The notes under the pieces were generated by a model that saw only the letters and a list, made by a program, of their open reading frames with translations, was not told where the DNA came from and did no database searches. Source: Promethearchaeota archaeon (GTDB lineage Archaea; Asgardarchaeota; Lokiarchaeia; Sigyniarchaeales; SOKP01). From it: a DNA stretch of 64,000 nucleotides. Positions within the stretch are counted from its first letter, which is position 1, and every line of letters begins with the position of its first letter. Shown here piece by piece: positions 37,909 through 48,548 of the stretch. Position numbers and translations under genes: made by a program. Location of the stretch: the NCBI GenBank assembly GCA_016839745.1, contig JAEOTS010000009.1, positions 18,131-82,130 of the forward strand, read 5' to 3'.

Positions 37909-39027
37909 ATGTCGGAAATAGAGTATTATGAGATTGTAAGACAAAAATTAACTCTAGGGCCTTTATACGCGCCAAAACATAAGAAAATCTTTGAGCTGAT
38001 GAAACTCTTGTGGAATGAAGAGGAAATTGAAATACTTTCCAAATTTGAAGGCGCTGATAAATATAATTCGTTAAAAGAGTTAGTAAAATCAACTGGGATC
38101 TCAAAAGATAAACTGGTACCCATTTTAGATCGGTTATATAATAAAGGCACAATTGCTAAAGTCGAGAGCGGGTACGGGCTAGTTCCGATTCTACCAGGCA
38201 TATTTGAAAGATATTTTATTAGAAGGAACGATTCTAAAGTAAATTTAAAAAGAGTAGCTGAAATATATAGGTGGTTTTTTAAGAATTTTTTACCCCCATT
38301 CTTAGTGGAAACAAATTTAAAATTTTTTAGACCGCGATTACCCGTTGACGCTAAAGAAAAATTAATACAAATAGACGAGTCTCTTGATGTTGAGACTCAA
38401 ATTCTTCCGTATGAATTAATAACTCAATTAATTGATAACTACGATGTCTTTACCGTTATTTCCTGTCAATGTCGTTTAATTGCAGAATATGGAGGAGACC
38501 CATGTAAAGTAGCACCCGCAGAAATGGGATGTTTTTTAGCAGGTGAAGGTGCTCGATCTTCCATTGAACGTGGGGCTCCAAAACTTAATAAAAAAGAAGC
38601 AATAGAATATTTAAAAAAAACAGAAAAAGCGGGATTAATTCATAATTGTGTAGCTGATAGCAGTATTGAATCTACTTTAGCCATATGTAATTGTTGTAGT
38701 TGTCATTGTGGGGCACTTGTAGCAGCAAAAGAGCATAAATACTATGCCACTTTGGCATCTAATTACACACCCAAAATAAACGACGATCTTTGCACTAAAT
38801 GCGAAATCTGCCTTAATAAGTGCCCAATGGGCGTAATTTATCATAAACTTCCTAATGAATCAGATTCTTCTGATGAACATATGTTTATAAATGAAGATTT
38901 TTGCTTGGGGTGTGGAGTTTGTGCAACTAATTGCCCCAATGATGCTATAAAGCTAGTAAAAGTTAGAGATAATGTTCCCACAGAACAGTACAAATTCGGG
39001 ACGAAAACATTTTTGGAATTGATATAA
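37909..39027 (+). CDS. 4Fe-4S ferredoxin-domain protein with an N-terminal HTH-like region
   Basis: CQCR..C..C, GLIH, ICNCCSCHC, CTKCEICLNKCP and CLGCGVCATNCP motifs. Confidence 0.85.
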   Translation: MSEIEYYEIVRQKLTLGPLYAPKHKKIFELMKLLWNEEEIEILSKFEGADKYNSLKELVKSTGISKDKLVPILDRLYNKGTIAKVESGYGLVPILPGIFERYFIRRNDSKVNLKRVAEIYRWFFKNFLPPFLVETNLKFFRPRLPVDAKEKLIQIDESLDVETQILPYELITQLIDNYDVFTVISCQCRLIAEYGGDPCKVAPAEMGCFLAGEGARSSIERGAPKLNKKEAIEYLKKTEKAGLIHNCVADSSIESTLAICNCCSCHCGALVAAKEHKYYATLASNYTPKINDDLCTKCEICLNKCPMGVIYHKLPNESDSSDEHMFINEDFCLGCGVCATNCPNDAIKLVKVRDNVPTEQYKFGTKTFLELI

Positions 39028-39153
39028 ATTTAACCATTAAGTTGTGAGTTTTTTTTCATATTTTTGAGAATAGTTTTATGGTTATAAATGACTAATTTCA
39101 GACAAATTTTTTTAAATAGTGCGGAAAAAGGAAAAAACAATCTTAAAAACTTC

Positions 39154-39171
39154 AAAAAATGATCATTTTTT
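39154..39171. promoter_or_regulatory. Perfect 18 bp palindrome in an intergenic region
   Basis: AAAAAATGATCATTTTTT. Confidence 0.3.
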
Positions 39172-39388
39172 AATTTTTAACTAATGTTTGGGGGACTTTT
39201 TTCCCCTTAAATAACGAATTCCTTTTTCGTTTATATTGTATTCAGAAAAAGTTAAATTATTAAGGATTCACCCGATCTCGTAAAATTGGCTAAGGAAAAT
39301 TTCCCATTACATTTATATACTTAACTAGTCTAACAATATTTAGAAAAAAAAAAAAAGAAATAAAATTTTAAAAAAGTGTGATAAAAAA

Positions 39389-39727
39389 ATGGAAATATTA
39401 AAACTTCAAGAAAAAATATTAAACCTTACGGATGAACAAATAAACGGAATATATTCTTTCGCAAGTAGAGTCACTCAAGAGACCATTGATGAGTTAGCTC
39501 CAATTTTATTAGATGTCTGTTTAGAAGCCGAATCAGGTATTCTAAAGAACGAGTTAGGCAGAGTAATATTTCATTTACAGAAAACGGAGAGATTGAATAC
39601 CCGAATTGGTTTTGAAAAACTATTGCATGGAGCCTTAAAAGTGGATACTAAAGAAGTTTTTAAGGTTCTTGAATCCGGAGCTTCAGACGCAAAGGATTTA
39701 GTTGGAAGAATCAAATCTGTATTATAA
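39389..39727 (+). CDS. Hypothetical all-helical protein
   Basis: 112 aa; GTGA-type RBS upstream. Confidence 0.7.
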   Translation: MEILKLQEKILNLTDEQINGIYSFASRVTQETIDELAPILLDVCLEAESGILKNELGRVIFHLQKTERLNTRIGFEKLLHGALKVDTKEVFKVLESGASDAKDLVGRIKSVL

Positions 39728-39765
39728 GGAAAAAGTTTTTTTTAACTTCTTATTTTATTATAGTA

Positions 39766-40047
39766 ATGGATAATCGAGATACTCAGTCTGATTTAGATAA
39801 AGCTTGGGAGCATTACGAGAAAATCCGAGACTCTCTCAACGGTTTATACGAAATTTTGAACATGAATTTGGACGATGGAAACATATTTTACCAATGCGCA
39901 GTTGATAATCTTGAGATTTTAAAGGAGACCATAATTGATTTGTTAAAAAAAGATTATAACCCAACCGAAATTAAAATTAAATTGCGGGAATTAGAATTTG
40001 ACATGAAGAAAACTCTCTTTTTTGAGAAAAAGGAGAATCAGAAATAA
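39766..40047 (+). CDS. Hypothetical helical protein
   Basis: 93 aa, co-oriented 38 bp after the previous gene. Confidence 0.7.
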   Translation: MDNRDTQSDLDKAWEHYEKIRDSLNGLYEILNMNLDDGNIFYQCAVDNLEILKETIIDLLKKDYNPTEIKIKLRELEFDMKKTLFFEKKENQK

Positions 40048-40213
40048 GTTATTTGAGCTAATCTGTTTGTATTAATCCCGCACTATTAATTCTTTCATTT
40101 TCTTAGCATTGCATTTCAAATATCACTTTCATTTATAAGGGGGATTGAGACAATTTAAATTAAAGTTATTTTATATATTTATTTGAAAACTAAAAATTAA
40201 GAGGGAATATGAA

Positions 40214-40927
40214 GTGTTAACTTTATTTGGTTGGATAGATGGGATTACTGCGTCTGGAGTTGTTATTTTTGGTTTCATTTTTGGATTTTTCTTCTTATAT
40301 AAAGCGCGTAAGTCCAGTGCTAAGATTTTATCTGTTTTAGGAATAGTAAATATTTTAGCTGGGCTTATGTATTTAGGGGTTTTTACAGATTTCTTAGTAG
40401 TTCTGGTAACAGAAACTAACCTGGATAATACTTACGGCTTAGTTGGGATTTTAAGTTATATATGGTTCGCTCCAGTAATAATACTTGCTCTCTATATCGG
40501 TGCTGAACTCTTGATACCCAAAAGAAAGTGGTATCTCATGTTTATCATCGTTGTTATATGTATATTATTTGAAATTCTTTTCTTCTTAGACCCATTGGGT
40601 ACATTTAATTTTGTCCCTCCACCAGAAGTTCCACCAACAGGAGAATTATTAATTGATTACAATGTAAATATGTTTACACCAGCTGGAATAATAATGGCAA
40701 TATTATTACTCGCGGTCCTAATTATTCTTGGATTTGGTTTTTTAATAAAGAGCTTTCAGTCTTCAGGCGTATTAAGGAAAAAATTCTTTTTCTTATCAAT
40801 GGGATCGATCTGTTTTTGCATATTTGGACTATTAGAGGGTTTAACAGAACCCGGATTTATGGTAATTTTCGTAAGGCTCGGTTATCTCATTAGTTTTTGG
40901 CTGATGTATTATGGTCTAAAAGATTAG
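40214..40927 (+). CDS. Stand-alone 7-TM membrane protein
   Basis: Seven hydrophobic segments; GAGGGA RBS; GTG start. Confidence 0.7.
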   Translation: MLTLFGWIDGITASGVVIFGFIFGFFFLYKARKSSAKILSVLGIVNILAGLMYLGVFTDFLVVLVTETNLDNTYGLVGILSYIWFAPVIILALYIGAELLIPKRKWYLMFIIVVICILFEILFFLDPLGTFNFVPPPEVPPTGELLIDYNVNMFTPAGIIMAILLLAVLIILGFGFLIKSFQSSGVLRKKFFFLSMGSICFCIFGLLEGLTEPGFMVIFVRLGYLISFWLMYYGLKD

Positions 40928-41039
40928 AATTATCTTTCAAATCTTTTTTTTCTTTTTTATCGATTTAAAAGGCAAAATAAAAATTGCTTTATTTATTTTC
41001 TCAATTAAAGGTAATTGATTAATAGTTAGGTATTTTTTT

Positions 41040-42062
41040 TTGTCTACACTTAAATCTGCAATCGATGAAATTGACGGTGTTTACCGAATAAAAATTGATG
41101 TTCCTTTTCAAGTCAAATTCGTATGCAGTTATCTTTTTAAGTTAGAGGACCAAACTGTTCTAATCGATGCAGGTTTCAATAGTCCCTCGTGGAAGAAGAA
41201 ATTTATACAAAAAATCAACAATATTGGATTTAATATTGAGGATATTGATATTTGTATAATCACTCATAACCATATAGACCATATTGGGCTAATTCAAGAA
41301 TTTAAAAAGAAGAACCCTGAGTTAAAGATCGTTATGCATAACATAACTAATAAACTCTTAGAGTGGGAAACAGATAAATCAAATAAGGAAGACATTGAAA
41401 AAAAGGCTATTAAAATTTCTTTGGAAATGAAGAAATATGGGTTGAGTGAAGAGGAAAGGTTAAGAATTATACAATTTTTTACTTATTGGCCAAGTTTAAG
41501 GAGACATTACCCACCAGATAAAATTGTACATGATGGTGATAAGCTTTTAAACGATTTAGAAATAATTTGGACACCAGGTCATAGTTTTGGGCATATTTGT
41601 ATTTTTAACTCAAAAAAGAAATATCTTTTCAGCGGGGATCATATTTTAAGTCGCATTACACCACATATAGGCAATTTTGTAATACCTGATTTTCTCGCTG
41701 ATGAATATAAGAACTATAACTTCAAGAATGTGCTTGATCAATACCTTCAGTCATTAGACAGAATTGACCTATTGAATCCAAAAGTTATCTTTCCCGCTCA
41801 CCAAGAAATAATTTATAATCCCCATGAAAGAATAAAAACAATAAAAGAACACCACGCGAATAGGCTTAATGATATTTCCAAAGTAATAAAAAAAAATCCA
41901 ATAAGCCCAAGGAAGATATCTCAAATTCACTTTGGTGAAGATTTGGACGTAATTAACTCGTTTATGGCTTTAAGTGAAGTTTTAGGCCATCTTTTCTATC
42001 TCGAAGACCTCGGAAAAATTGATAAATTAGAAAAGAACGGCAAATTTTATTATCAAAGTTAA
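41040..42062 (+). CDS. Metallo-beta-lactamase-fold hydrolase with C-terminal wHTH
   Basis: THNHIDHIG (HxHxDH), TPGHS.GH, SGDHIL and PAH motifs. Confidence 0.9.
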   Translation: MSTLKSAIDEIDGVYRIKIDVPFQVKFVCSYLFKLEDQTVLIDAGFNSPSWKKKFIQKINNIGFNIEDIDICIITHNHIDHIGLIQEFKKKNPELKIVMHNITNKLLEWETDKSNKEDIEKKAIKISLEMKKYGLSEEERLRIIQFFTYWPSLRRHYPPDKIVHDGDKLLNDLEIIWTPGHSFGHICIFNSKKKYLFSGDHILSRITPHIGNFVIPDFLADEYKNYNFKNVLDQYLQSLDRIDLLNPKVIFPAHQEIIYNPHERIKTIKEHHANRLNDISKVIKKNPISPRKISQIHFGEDLDVINSFMALSEVLGHLFYLEDLGKIDKLEKNGKFYYQS

Positions 42063-42102
42063 AAACTATGGGTTTCCTCTCCTAAATAAATTAGTTAATT
42101 AG

Positions 42103-42594
42103 CTACATAGGAACTTTCTCATTTTGAGATACGGTCTTAATAGGTTTTAAAACTACGCAAACTCGTTCCACTCCTTTAACATCGCTTCTACCTCTAAAAC
42201 TTTCTATAACTGCATCGAGTTCATTTATTTCTGGAACATTTACCTTAACAAGAATGCCACATTCTCCCGCTAAGAAATATACTTCTTCACACTGGGGAAG
42301 TATTTGGGCTTCTCGCAATAATTCCTTTAATTCGGATTGACTTCTCGGGATCAATGTGATAAATGCTATTATACAGTGTTCGTCCTCTCTACATACCTTA
42401 ATCGTGAACTTTTCTATTACGTTTTCGTCTTGAAGTTTAATAACTCTTTTTCTCACGGTGGATTCACTCATTCCTATTTCCTCTCCTATTTCTCGATATG
42501 GTCTTCGTGAATCCTCGATTAACATTTCTAGAATTTGTTTATCTTTCTCATCTAAATTTTTCATATTTCTATCACACTCTTCCAATTTGTTCAA
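42103..42594 (-). CDS. Lrp/AsnC-family transcriptional regulator
   Basis: LDEKDKQILEML.EDSRRPYREIG..IGMSESTVRKRV. The true start is probably the ATG near 42564. Confidence 0.9.
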   Translation of the reverse strand: MNKLEECDRNMKNLDEKDKQILEMLIEDSRRPYREIGEEIGMSESTVRKRVIKLQDENVIEKFTIKVCREDEHCIIAFITLIPRSQSELKELLREAQILPQCEEVYFLAGECGILVKVNVPEINELDAVIESFRGRSDVKGVERVCVVLKPIKTVSQNEKVPM

Positions 42595-42641
42595 ATACAG
42601 TAAAAAAATTATTAAAATTAAATTTTATATTACACTATTAA

Positions 42642-43580
42642 CTAAAAATTCTTTAATAATGGCTCAAAAAGCCTTTCGTAGTGAACGGCCATGCAATGAA
42701 TGCCCGCAGCCTTAGTAGTTTTCTGGATTTCTCTTATAAACGGTTCAAAAAAATCAATATTAATTTTATCGATAGCTTGATTCCGTTTTTTCTTATCTTC
42801 TTTGAATTCCTTTTTTACACTTTTTAAAGCGCTCAAAAGATCCTTTGGAACTGAAACACCAGGGATGTACTCGTTAAAATACCAAGCAATTCCATAATTT
42901 TTTATAGGAAATAATCCCAGCAAAACAGGAACATTGAATCTTTCTAATTCTTTTAAAAATTCCTTGGCATCATCTATATCAAAAGATGTTTGAGTTTGAA
43001 TGAAATCAGCACCAACTTCTACTTTTCTTCCTACTTTAAGGATTTCAGGTTCTCTGGGGTTTGAATTTGGATTAGCGGCGCATCCCACATTCATTTCGAT
43101 TTTCCCACCTTCAATTTCGTTTCCCTCTAAGTCAGTACCATCATCTACCATTTTAGAAACGAGATCGATTAATTGTGTAGAGTCTAAATCATATACTGCT
43201 CTTGCATTTTTATTATCTCCTAACGCTGAATGATCTCCTGTCAAAGCTAAAAGGTTTCTCAATCCAAGAATCGAACCTCCTAAAATATCACCAAATAAAG
43301 CAATCCTATTCCTATCTCTAACGGTTATCTGCCAGATGGCTTCTAGCCCTACTTTTTCTTGAACTAAATGGCATGGTACCAAAGAGCAAGTGTAAGCGTC
43401 TCCTTGTGGTCCATCAGTTACATTAGCCGCAGTAATCTTTCCCGTTTTCTTCATTTCTTCTGCGGAATGCAGAATGGAGGATAAATCAACCATCTTTTTC
43501 GGCTCCAATTCACCAGTGAATAAAAATTTGCCTTCTTTCATTGTTTTTACTAAATTACTATATGCTGGTCTTTTTGCCAT
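42642..43580 (-). CDS. metF: Methylenetetrahydrofolate reductase, copy 2
   Basis: GELEP, ANVTD, QITVRDRN, LTGDH, YDLDS and FIQTQ motifs. Confidence 0.9.
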   Translation of the reverse strand: MAKRPAYSNLVKTMKEGKFLFTGELEPKKMVDLSSILHSAEEMKKTGKITAANVTDGPQGDAYTCSLVPCHLVQEKVGLEAIWQITVRDRNRIALFGDILGGSILGLRNLLALTGDHSALGDNKNARAVYDLDSTQLIDLVSKMVDDGTDLEGNEIEGGKIEMNVGCAANPNSNPREPEILKVGRKVEVGADFIQTQTSFDIDDAKEFLKELERFNVPVLLGLFPIKNYGIAWYFNEYIPGVSVPKDLLSALKSVKKEFKEDKKKRNQAIDKINIDFFEPFIREIQKTTKAAGIHCMAVHYERLFEPLLKNF

Positions 43581-43583
43581 TTT

Positions 43584-44282
43584 TTAATTCTCCTCCTTTT
43601 GTGGTTCAGTTTCTTCGTTTGTGAACGTTTTATTTATCTCTATGAATCTGGGGCTACTCCATAGCTGATAATTTCTTGGCGGACGATACTTATTAAAGAG
43701 ATCAAGCCTATTGAATTTCCTAAGACGTTCATAAATCTTTATCCAGGCACACTCATGTATATATCCACCAACTTCGCATTTACCATTAACTGTACCTCCA
43801 CACGGTCCATTACTCAAGTTTTTAGCACAACCTGCCATAGGACATACTCCACCAGTAACCCCTAGTAAACACTCTCCACAAGTTTCACAGTATTCAGCAA
43901 AATTATTTTCAGCGTTATTTTCTGCTCCTCCAAACATACTATTTTGGGCTGGATAAGTAATAATGTTTTCGAATATTCTATTCATCATAACAACTCCCAA
44001 ACCGCAGGATAGAGATACAATTGCATCATAATGCTCAACAAACGGTCGAACAGTTGTTGCTGCGATTCTATCGTCACATTGTCTGAGTACAGTTATAGCT
44101 TTCCATGTTAATTCCTTCCCCTCGCTCCTTGCTTTTAATTCTAGCATCTGTGCTAATACTTTTGCCTCGTTGATAGAGCGAGGAGGTTGACAGCAGCCGT
44201 CACATCCAGCTACTAAAATCTTCGAATACGGTTTTATCATCTCGTAAATTTCTTCAATATTTTTCTGTTGCGTGATTATCAT
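43584..44282 (-). CDS. metV: MetV, copy 2
   Basis: MIITQQK, GCDGC, RQCD, SCGLGV and C..CGEC.L..TGGVCP...CAK.L.NGPCGG motifs. Confidence 0.9.
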   Translation of the reverse strand: MIITQQKNIEEIYEMIKPYSKILVAGCDGCCQPPRSINEAKVLAQMLELKARSEGKELTWKAITVLRQCDDRIAATTVRPFVEHYDAIVSLSCGLGVVMMNRIFENIITYPAQNSMFGGAENNAENNFAEYCETCGECLLGVTGGVCPMAGCAKNLSNGPCGGTVNGKCEVGGYIHECAWIKIYERLRKFNRLDLFNKYRPPRNYQLWSSPRFIEINKTFTNEETEPQKEEN

Positions 44283-44313
44283 ATTATTTAACTCCTTTTT
44301 TTATCATAAATAT

Positions 44314-47300
44314 TTATTCTGATATTTTAATTGATTTACTTTTATTTTCTAATTCAATTGATCCTAATTTTTTTATTCTTTCGACGAATTCTATCATCGT
44401 ATCAGAGAATATTTTACCTTCGCTGGCAGAAATCCATTTACGCAAAAATCTATCAGGATTAATCCCTATGGATTCGAGTTCTGATTCAATTTCATTTGTT
44501 CTTCTCAAAGTATCTTGATTTCCAGCAATGTAATGACAATCTCCGATATGACATCCTCCTACGAAAACTCCATCTGCACCCTCTAAAAATGCTTGTAATA
44601 TGAGGCTCTTAGATAATCCTCCAGAACACATCACTCTTATCGTTCTAACATTAGGCGGGTATTGGTATCGACTTACTCCAGCTAAATCTGCGCCGGCATA
44701 ACTGCACCAATTGCATAAGAATGCTATGATTCTTGGACGTCCGTTTCCGAATTCAACGCGTGCTGCTTCAGCTATCATTGGTTCAATCTGAGAGGTTCCA
44801 AAATGGCTCATTGTAATTGCTTCAGCAGGGCACTCAGCGGCGCAGTCCCCACATCCCTTACACAACAAGGGGTTTACTTCGGAGATCATTTTACCTTCTT
44901 CATATTTTACTCCAACGGCTCCGTAGTTACAAACTTCAGCACATCGATTACAACCTATGCATAGTGCTGGATTAACTTTTGAAATTACACCTTCTGTTAC
45001 TAGGATATCCTTAGATAAAATTGTAGTCGCTCTCGAAGCTGCTGATAATGCTTGAGCGATACTTTCGCTGATCGTAGCAGTTCCACGGGCTGTACCACAT
45101 AAGAATATACCATCAGTTGCGAAATCTGAAGGTCTTAGTTTCACATGCGCCTCCAAAAAAAAGTTGTCACTATTTGTAGGTACTTTTAGCATTTTCGCTA
45201 ATTTTTCATTTTCTTCTCCATCAGAAACAATACCGGCGCTTAATGCTATTAAATCGGAATTAATAGACAAATTGCCTAATTTTGGTGTTTCTATTTTTAC
45301 ACTTAATTTTCCGCTATCTTGAACGATTTCTGGGGGTTTTTCATGATTAAATCGAATGAAAACAATTCCTTTTTCCCTTGCTAAGTTGTAATACTTTTCC
45401 TTAAATCCATAAGTTCTTATATCCCTGTAAATAACTACAATATTTAATTTTGGATTAACTTCTTTTGCTTTTATTGCGTTTTTAATAGCTTCAGCACAAC
45501 ACATTCTGCTACAATAGGGGTGTTCTTCGTTTCTAGAACCAACGCACTGTATCATTACTAATGTGTTTACTCCCTCGATTTTTTCAGGATTCGTATAAAG
45601 AATATTTTCTAATTCAGATTGCAAAATTACTTTATCATTTTTCCCAAAAAGAAATTCTCCTTCTTTTGGTTGATATTCGTGAGCACCGGTAGCTACGATT
45701 ATGATTCCATGCTGAAATTCCGTTGTTTCTTTATCATTACCAAAAGTAATATTTGTCGTGAAATTACAGACATATCCACCAATTGAATTGATTTTACCAT
45801 TAAGAAAAACATTAATGAGTTTATGTTCATTAACTTTTTTGATTAAATCCGAAATATGTTCTTGAACATCGTAATTTTCAATTGTTTGATGTATATTTTT
45901 AGAAAAACCACCAAGTTCATTGCTTTTTTCAATGAGAAACACTTCAAATCCTTGATTTGCTAAGTTAAGCGCTGCCGTCATTCCTGCTACACCCCCGCCA
46001 ATCACCATTCCTTTATGTATTACGGGTACTTCTTGTTCTTGTAATGGTATTAAATTACGAGCTTTTGCGATTGCCATCCTAACCAAGTCTTTAGCTTTTT
46101 CTGTGGCTTCTTTTGGCTCATGCATGTGTACCCATGAGCATTGATCTCGAATATTAGCCAAATCAAAAAGATATTTGTTCAACCCGGCTTCCCTAATTGT
46201 TGCTTGAAATAATGGTTCGTGCGTTCTAGGTGTGCATGAAGCAACTATCACTCGATTTAAGTTAAACTCTTTAATTTTTTCTTTAATATTTGTTTGGGTA
46301 TCAGCTGAACAAGTATATAGGTTTCTTTCAGCATAACTTACATCTGGTAATTTACTTGCATAGTCAACAACGTCAGCAACATCAACAACACCTGCAATAT
46401 TAATTCCACAATGACACACAAAAACTCCAATTCGGGGAGGTTCCCCAATAGTATCAATTTCTCTCGGGAGTTTTTTTTCAGTAATTAAGGTATTTCTAGC
46501 TTCAGACAATAAAATATTAACAGCTCCAGCTGCTGCACTTGCTTCAACCACAGTTTCTGGAATATCTTTTGGCTCTGAAAACATCCCACAAACATAAATT
46601 CCTTCTCGAGAGGTTTCTACAGGAGAAAATGGTTTAGTCTTACAGAACAATTCTTCGTTCAAATCAATCTTTAATTTTATCGCTAACTCTTGAGTACTAA
46701 GATTTGGCATCGCCCCTACTGCTAAAACTACTAAATTAAAAATGTCTTCAATTATCTTCCCATCTTCAGACTCATAACTAAGGATTAAATCGTTCGATTC
46801 TGAAACCTCTTTCACGGCTGAAATTCTACTTCGGATATATTTTACTCCGTATTCTTCTTGAGCACGATCAATATACTTATCAAAATCTTTTCCACATGCT
46901 CTAATATCCATTGAAAAAATGGTAGGTTGAACAATTGGCATATGTTCCTTAGCAATTACTGCTTCTTTAGCAGTATACATGCAACAAACAGATGAACAAT
47001 ATTCGCCACCATGTTTTTTATCTCTTGAACCTACACATTGCAAGAATGCAATTTTTTTAGGGATTATCCCATCTGATGGCCTAAGAATAAGACCCGAATG
47101 CGGACCACTTGCACTCAATATACGCTCGAATTGAATACTCGTGACAACATTGGGATATTTTCCAAAACCATAATGCTGTGTAGATGCTGGATCATATTCA
47201 TCAAATCCAGGTGCTAGAATTACAGCCCCTACATTAAGTGTAGTCTTTTTATCTTTAAGGGTATAATCGATGGCTTTAGCTTTACATACACCCTTACAAA

Positions 47301-47775
47301 ATCCACACCCTATACATATATCTTGATTAATAGAAAACACTAAAGGAACAGCTTGAGGGAATTTAACGGATATCGCCGCTCTTTTTGAGAGACCTTCATT
47401 AAAGAAGTCAATTGCTTCTACTGGGCATTCTTGAGCACATACACCGCAACCAGTACATGTTTCTTGATCTAAAAACAACGATTGTTGCTTTAGCTCAACT
47501 TTGAAATTACCTGGCTTTCCCGTAATTTTTTCGAGAGTAGTATTAATTAAAAGGTTGATATTTTCATGGCGTCCTGCGGCAACCAATTTTGGCGCGAGGA
47601 TACAAATGGCACAATCATTAGTTGGAAAGGTTTTATCTAGCTGGGACATCACACCTCCAATACTCATTGTTGATTCTGCTAAATATACTTTATAACCAGA
47701 GTCACCCAAATCCATTGAAGCTTGTATACCTGCTATTCCGCCTCCAATAACTAAAACCGAGCCCACTTTTTCCAT
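44314..47775 (-). CDS. hdrA: Heterodisulfide-reductase-like flavoprotein: tandem HdrA-HdrA-MvhD fusion
   Basis: Two GGG(I/V)AG FAD sites, QLDKTFPTNDC, CVGSR..YCS..CC twice, internal RIGVFVCHCG, ferredoxin motifs, and a C-terminal FLCNWCSYAGAD..RVMCSG..GCH.GDCHY. Confidence 0.93.
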   Translation of the reverse strand: MEKVGSVLVIGGGIAGIQASMDLGDSGYKVYLAESTMSIGGVMSQLDKTFPTNDCAICILAPKLVAAGRHENINLLINTTLEKITGKPGNFKVELKQQSLFLDQETCTGCGVCAQECPVEAIDFFNEGLSKRAAISVKFPQAVPLVFSINQDICIGCGFCKGVCKAKAIDYTLKDKKTTLNVGAVILAPGFDEYDPASTQHYGFGKYPNVVTSIQFERILSASGPHSGLILRPSDGIIPKKIAFLQCVGSRDKKHGGEYCSSVCCMYTAKEAVIAKEHMPIVQPTIFSMDIRACGKDFDKYIDRAQEEYGVKYIRSRISAVKEVSESNDLILSYESEDGKIIEDIFNLVVLAVGAMPNLSTQELAIKLKIDLNEELFCKTKPFSPVETSREGIYVCGMFSEPKDIPETVVEASAAAGAVNILLSEARNTLITEKKLPREIDTIGEPPRIGVFVCHCGINIAGVVDVADVVDYASKLPDVSYAERNLYTCSADTQTNIKEKIKEFNLNRVIVASCTPRTHEPLFQATIREAGLNKYLFDLANIRDQCSWVHMHEPKEATEKAKDLVRMAIAKARNLIPLQEQEVPVIHKGMVIGGGVAGMTAALNLANQGFEVFLIEKSNELGGFSKNIHQTIENYDVQEHISDLIKKVNEHKLINVFLNGKINSIGGYVCNFTTNITFGNDKETTEFQHGIIIVATGAHEYQPKEGEFLFGKNDKVILQSELENILYTNPEKIEGVNTLVMIQCVGSRNEEHPYCSRMCCAEAIKNAIKAKEVNPKLNIVVIYRDIRTYGFKEKYYNLAREKGIVFIRFNHEKPPEIVQDSGKLSVKIETPKLGNLSINSDLIALSAGIVSDGEENEKLAKMLKVPTNSDNFFLEAHVKLRPSDFATDGIFLCGTARGTATISESIAQALSAASRATTILSKDILVTEGVISKVNPALCIGCNRCAEVCNYGAVGVKYEEGKMISEVNPLLCKGCGDCAAECPAEAITMSHFGTSQIEPMIAEAARVEFGNGRPRIIAFLCNWCSYAGADLAGVSRYQYPPNVRTIRVMCSGGLSKSLILQAFLEGADGVFVGGCHIGDCHYIAGNQDTLRRTNEIESELESIGINPDRFLRKWISASEGKIFSDTMIEFVERIKKLGSIELENKSKSIKISE

Positions 47776-47777
47776 TT

Positions 47778-48548
47778 TTATCCCCCCAAAATTGATATAA
47801 ATGTTGGAATTTCTTCATTTATTTCAGAAACATCGACTAAACCTCTTGCCCTTAGAACAACTATGTGCTCTAACACCTCGCTCGCTTTAATACCAATCTC
47901 ATTTGCTATAGTAGGGACAGATTTACCTTTCTCTTTTATTTTTATTATGATTTTATGACGAATAAATTCATTTCTAACGACCTCGTCAATTAAATTTTCA
48001 AATTTCTCAACTGTAATTTGTTCGCCGTATACATTTTCTTCAGTTACTAATTCCCTTTGTCTTGCTATTAACCCTCTCAATCTAGAATCCTCTAATACAT
48101 TTTTAACAGCTTGTAACGAATCTGTTATTTGTGCTTCTTTTTGTTTTTCTTTCATTGGAGATGGTCCTAATTTTTGTATATGATTAGTAAATTCCGATAC
48201 AATTTGAGCGAATTTATTTCCTTCTGCCGCAGAAACCCAATCAAGACGCATTCGATTAGAAAAATTAACTAAACCTAATAATTTGCTTAAAGCTTTCATT
48301 TTAATTTCAGCTTCATAATTGCCAGTTAGGTAATGACAGTCTCCTAAATGACACCCTAAAACAATTACTCCATCAATTCCATGGATGAAAGCATCTGCGA
48401 CGAACGATGGATCTACTCTGCCAGAGCACATTACTCGAATGACTCTAATATTGGTCGGGTATTGAATGCGGCTAACGCCCGCAAGATCTGCACCTGCATA
48501 GGAACACCAGTTGCATAAAAATCCTAAAATTTTTGGTTCAAATTTCAT
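47778..48548 (-). CDS. mvhD: MvhD [2Fe-2S] subunit with a C-terminal helical/wHTH-like extension
   Basis: FLCNWCSYAGAD, RVMCSGR, GCHLGDCHY and WVSAAEG motifs, plus about 125 extra residues. Confidence 0.92.
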   Translation of the reverse strand: MKFEPKILGFLCNWCSYAGADLAGVSRIQYPTNIRVIRVMCSGRVDPSFVADAFIHGIDGVIVLGCHLGDCHYLTGNYEAEIKMKALSKLLGLVNFSNRMRLDWVSAAEGNKFAQIVSEFTNHIQKLGPSPMKEKQKEAQITDSLQAVKNVLEDSRLRGLIARQRELVTEENVYGEQITVEKFENLIDEVVRNEFIRHKIIIKIKEKGKSVPTIANEIGIKASEVLEHIVVLRARGLVDVSEINEEIPTFISILGG

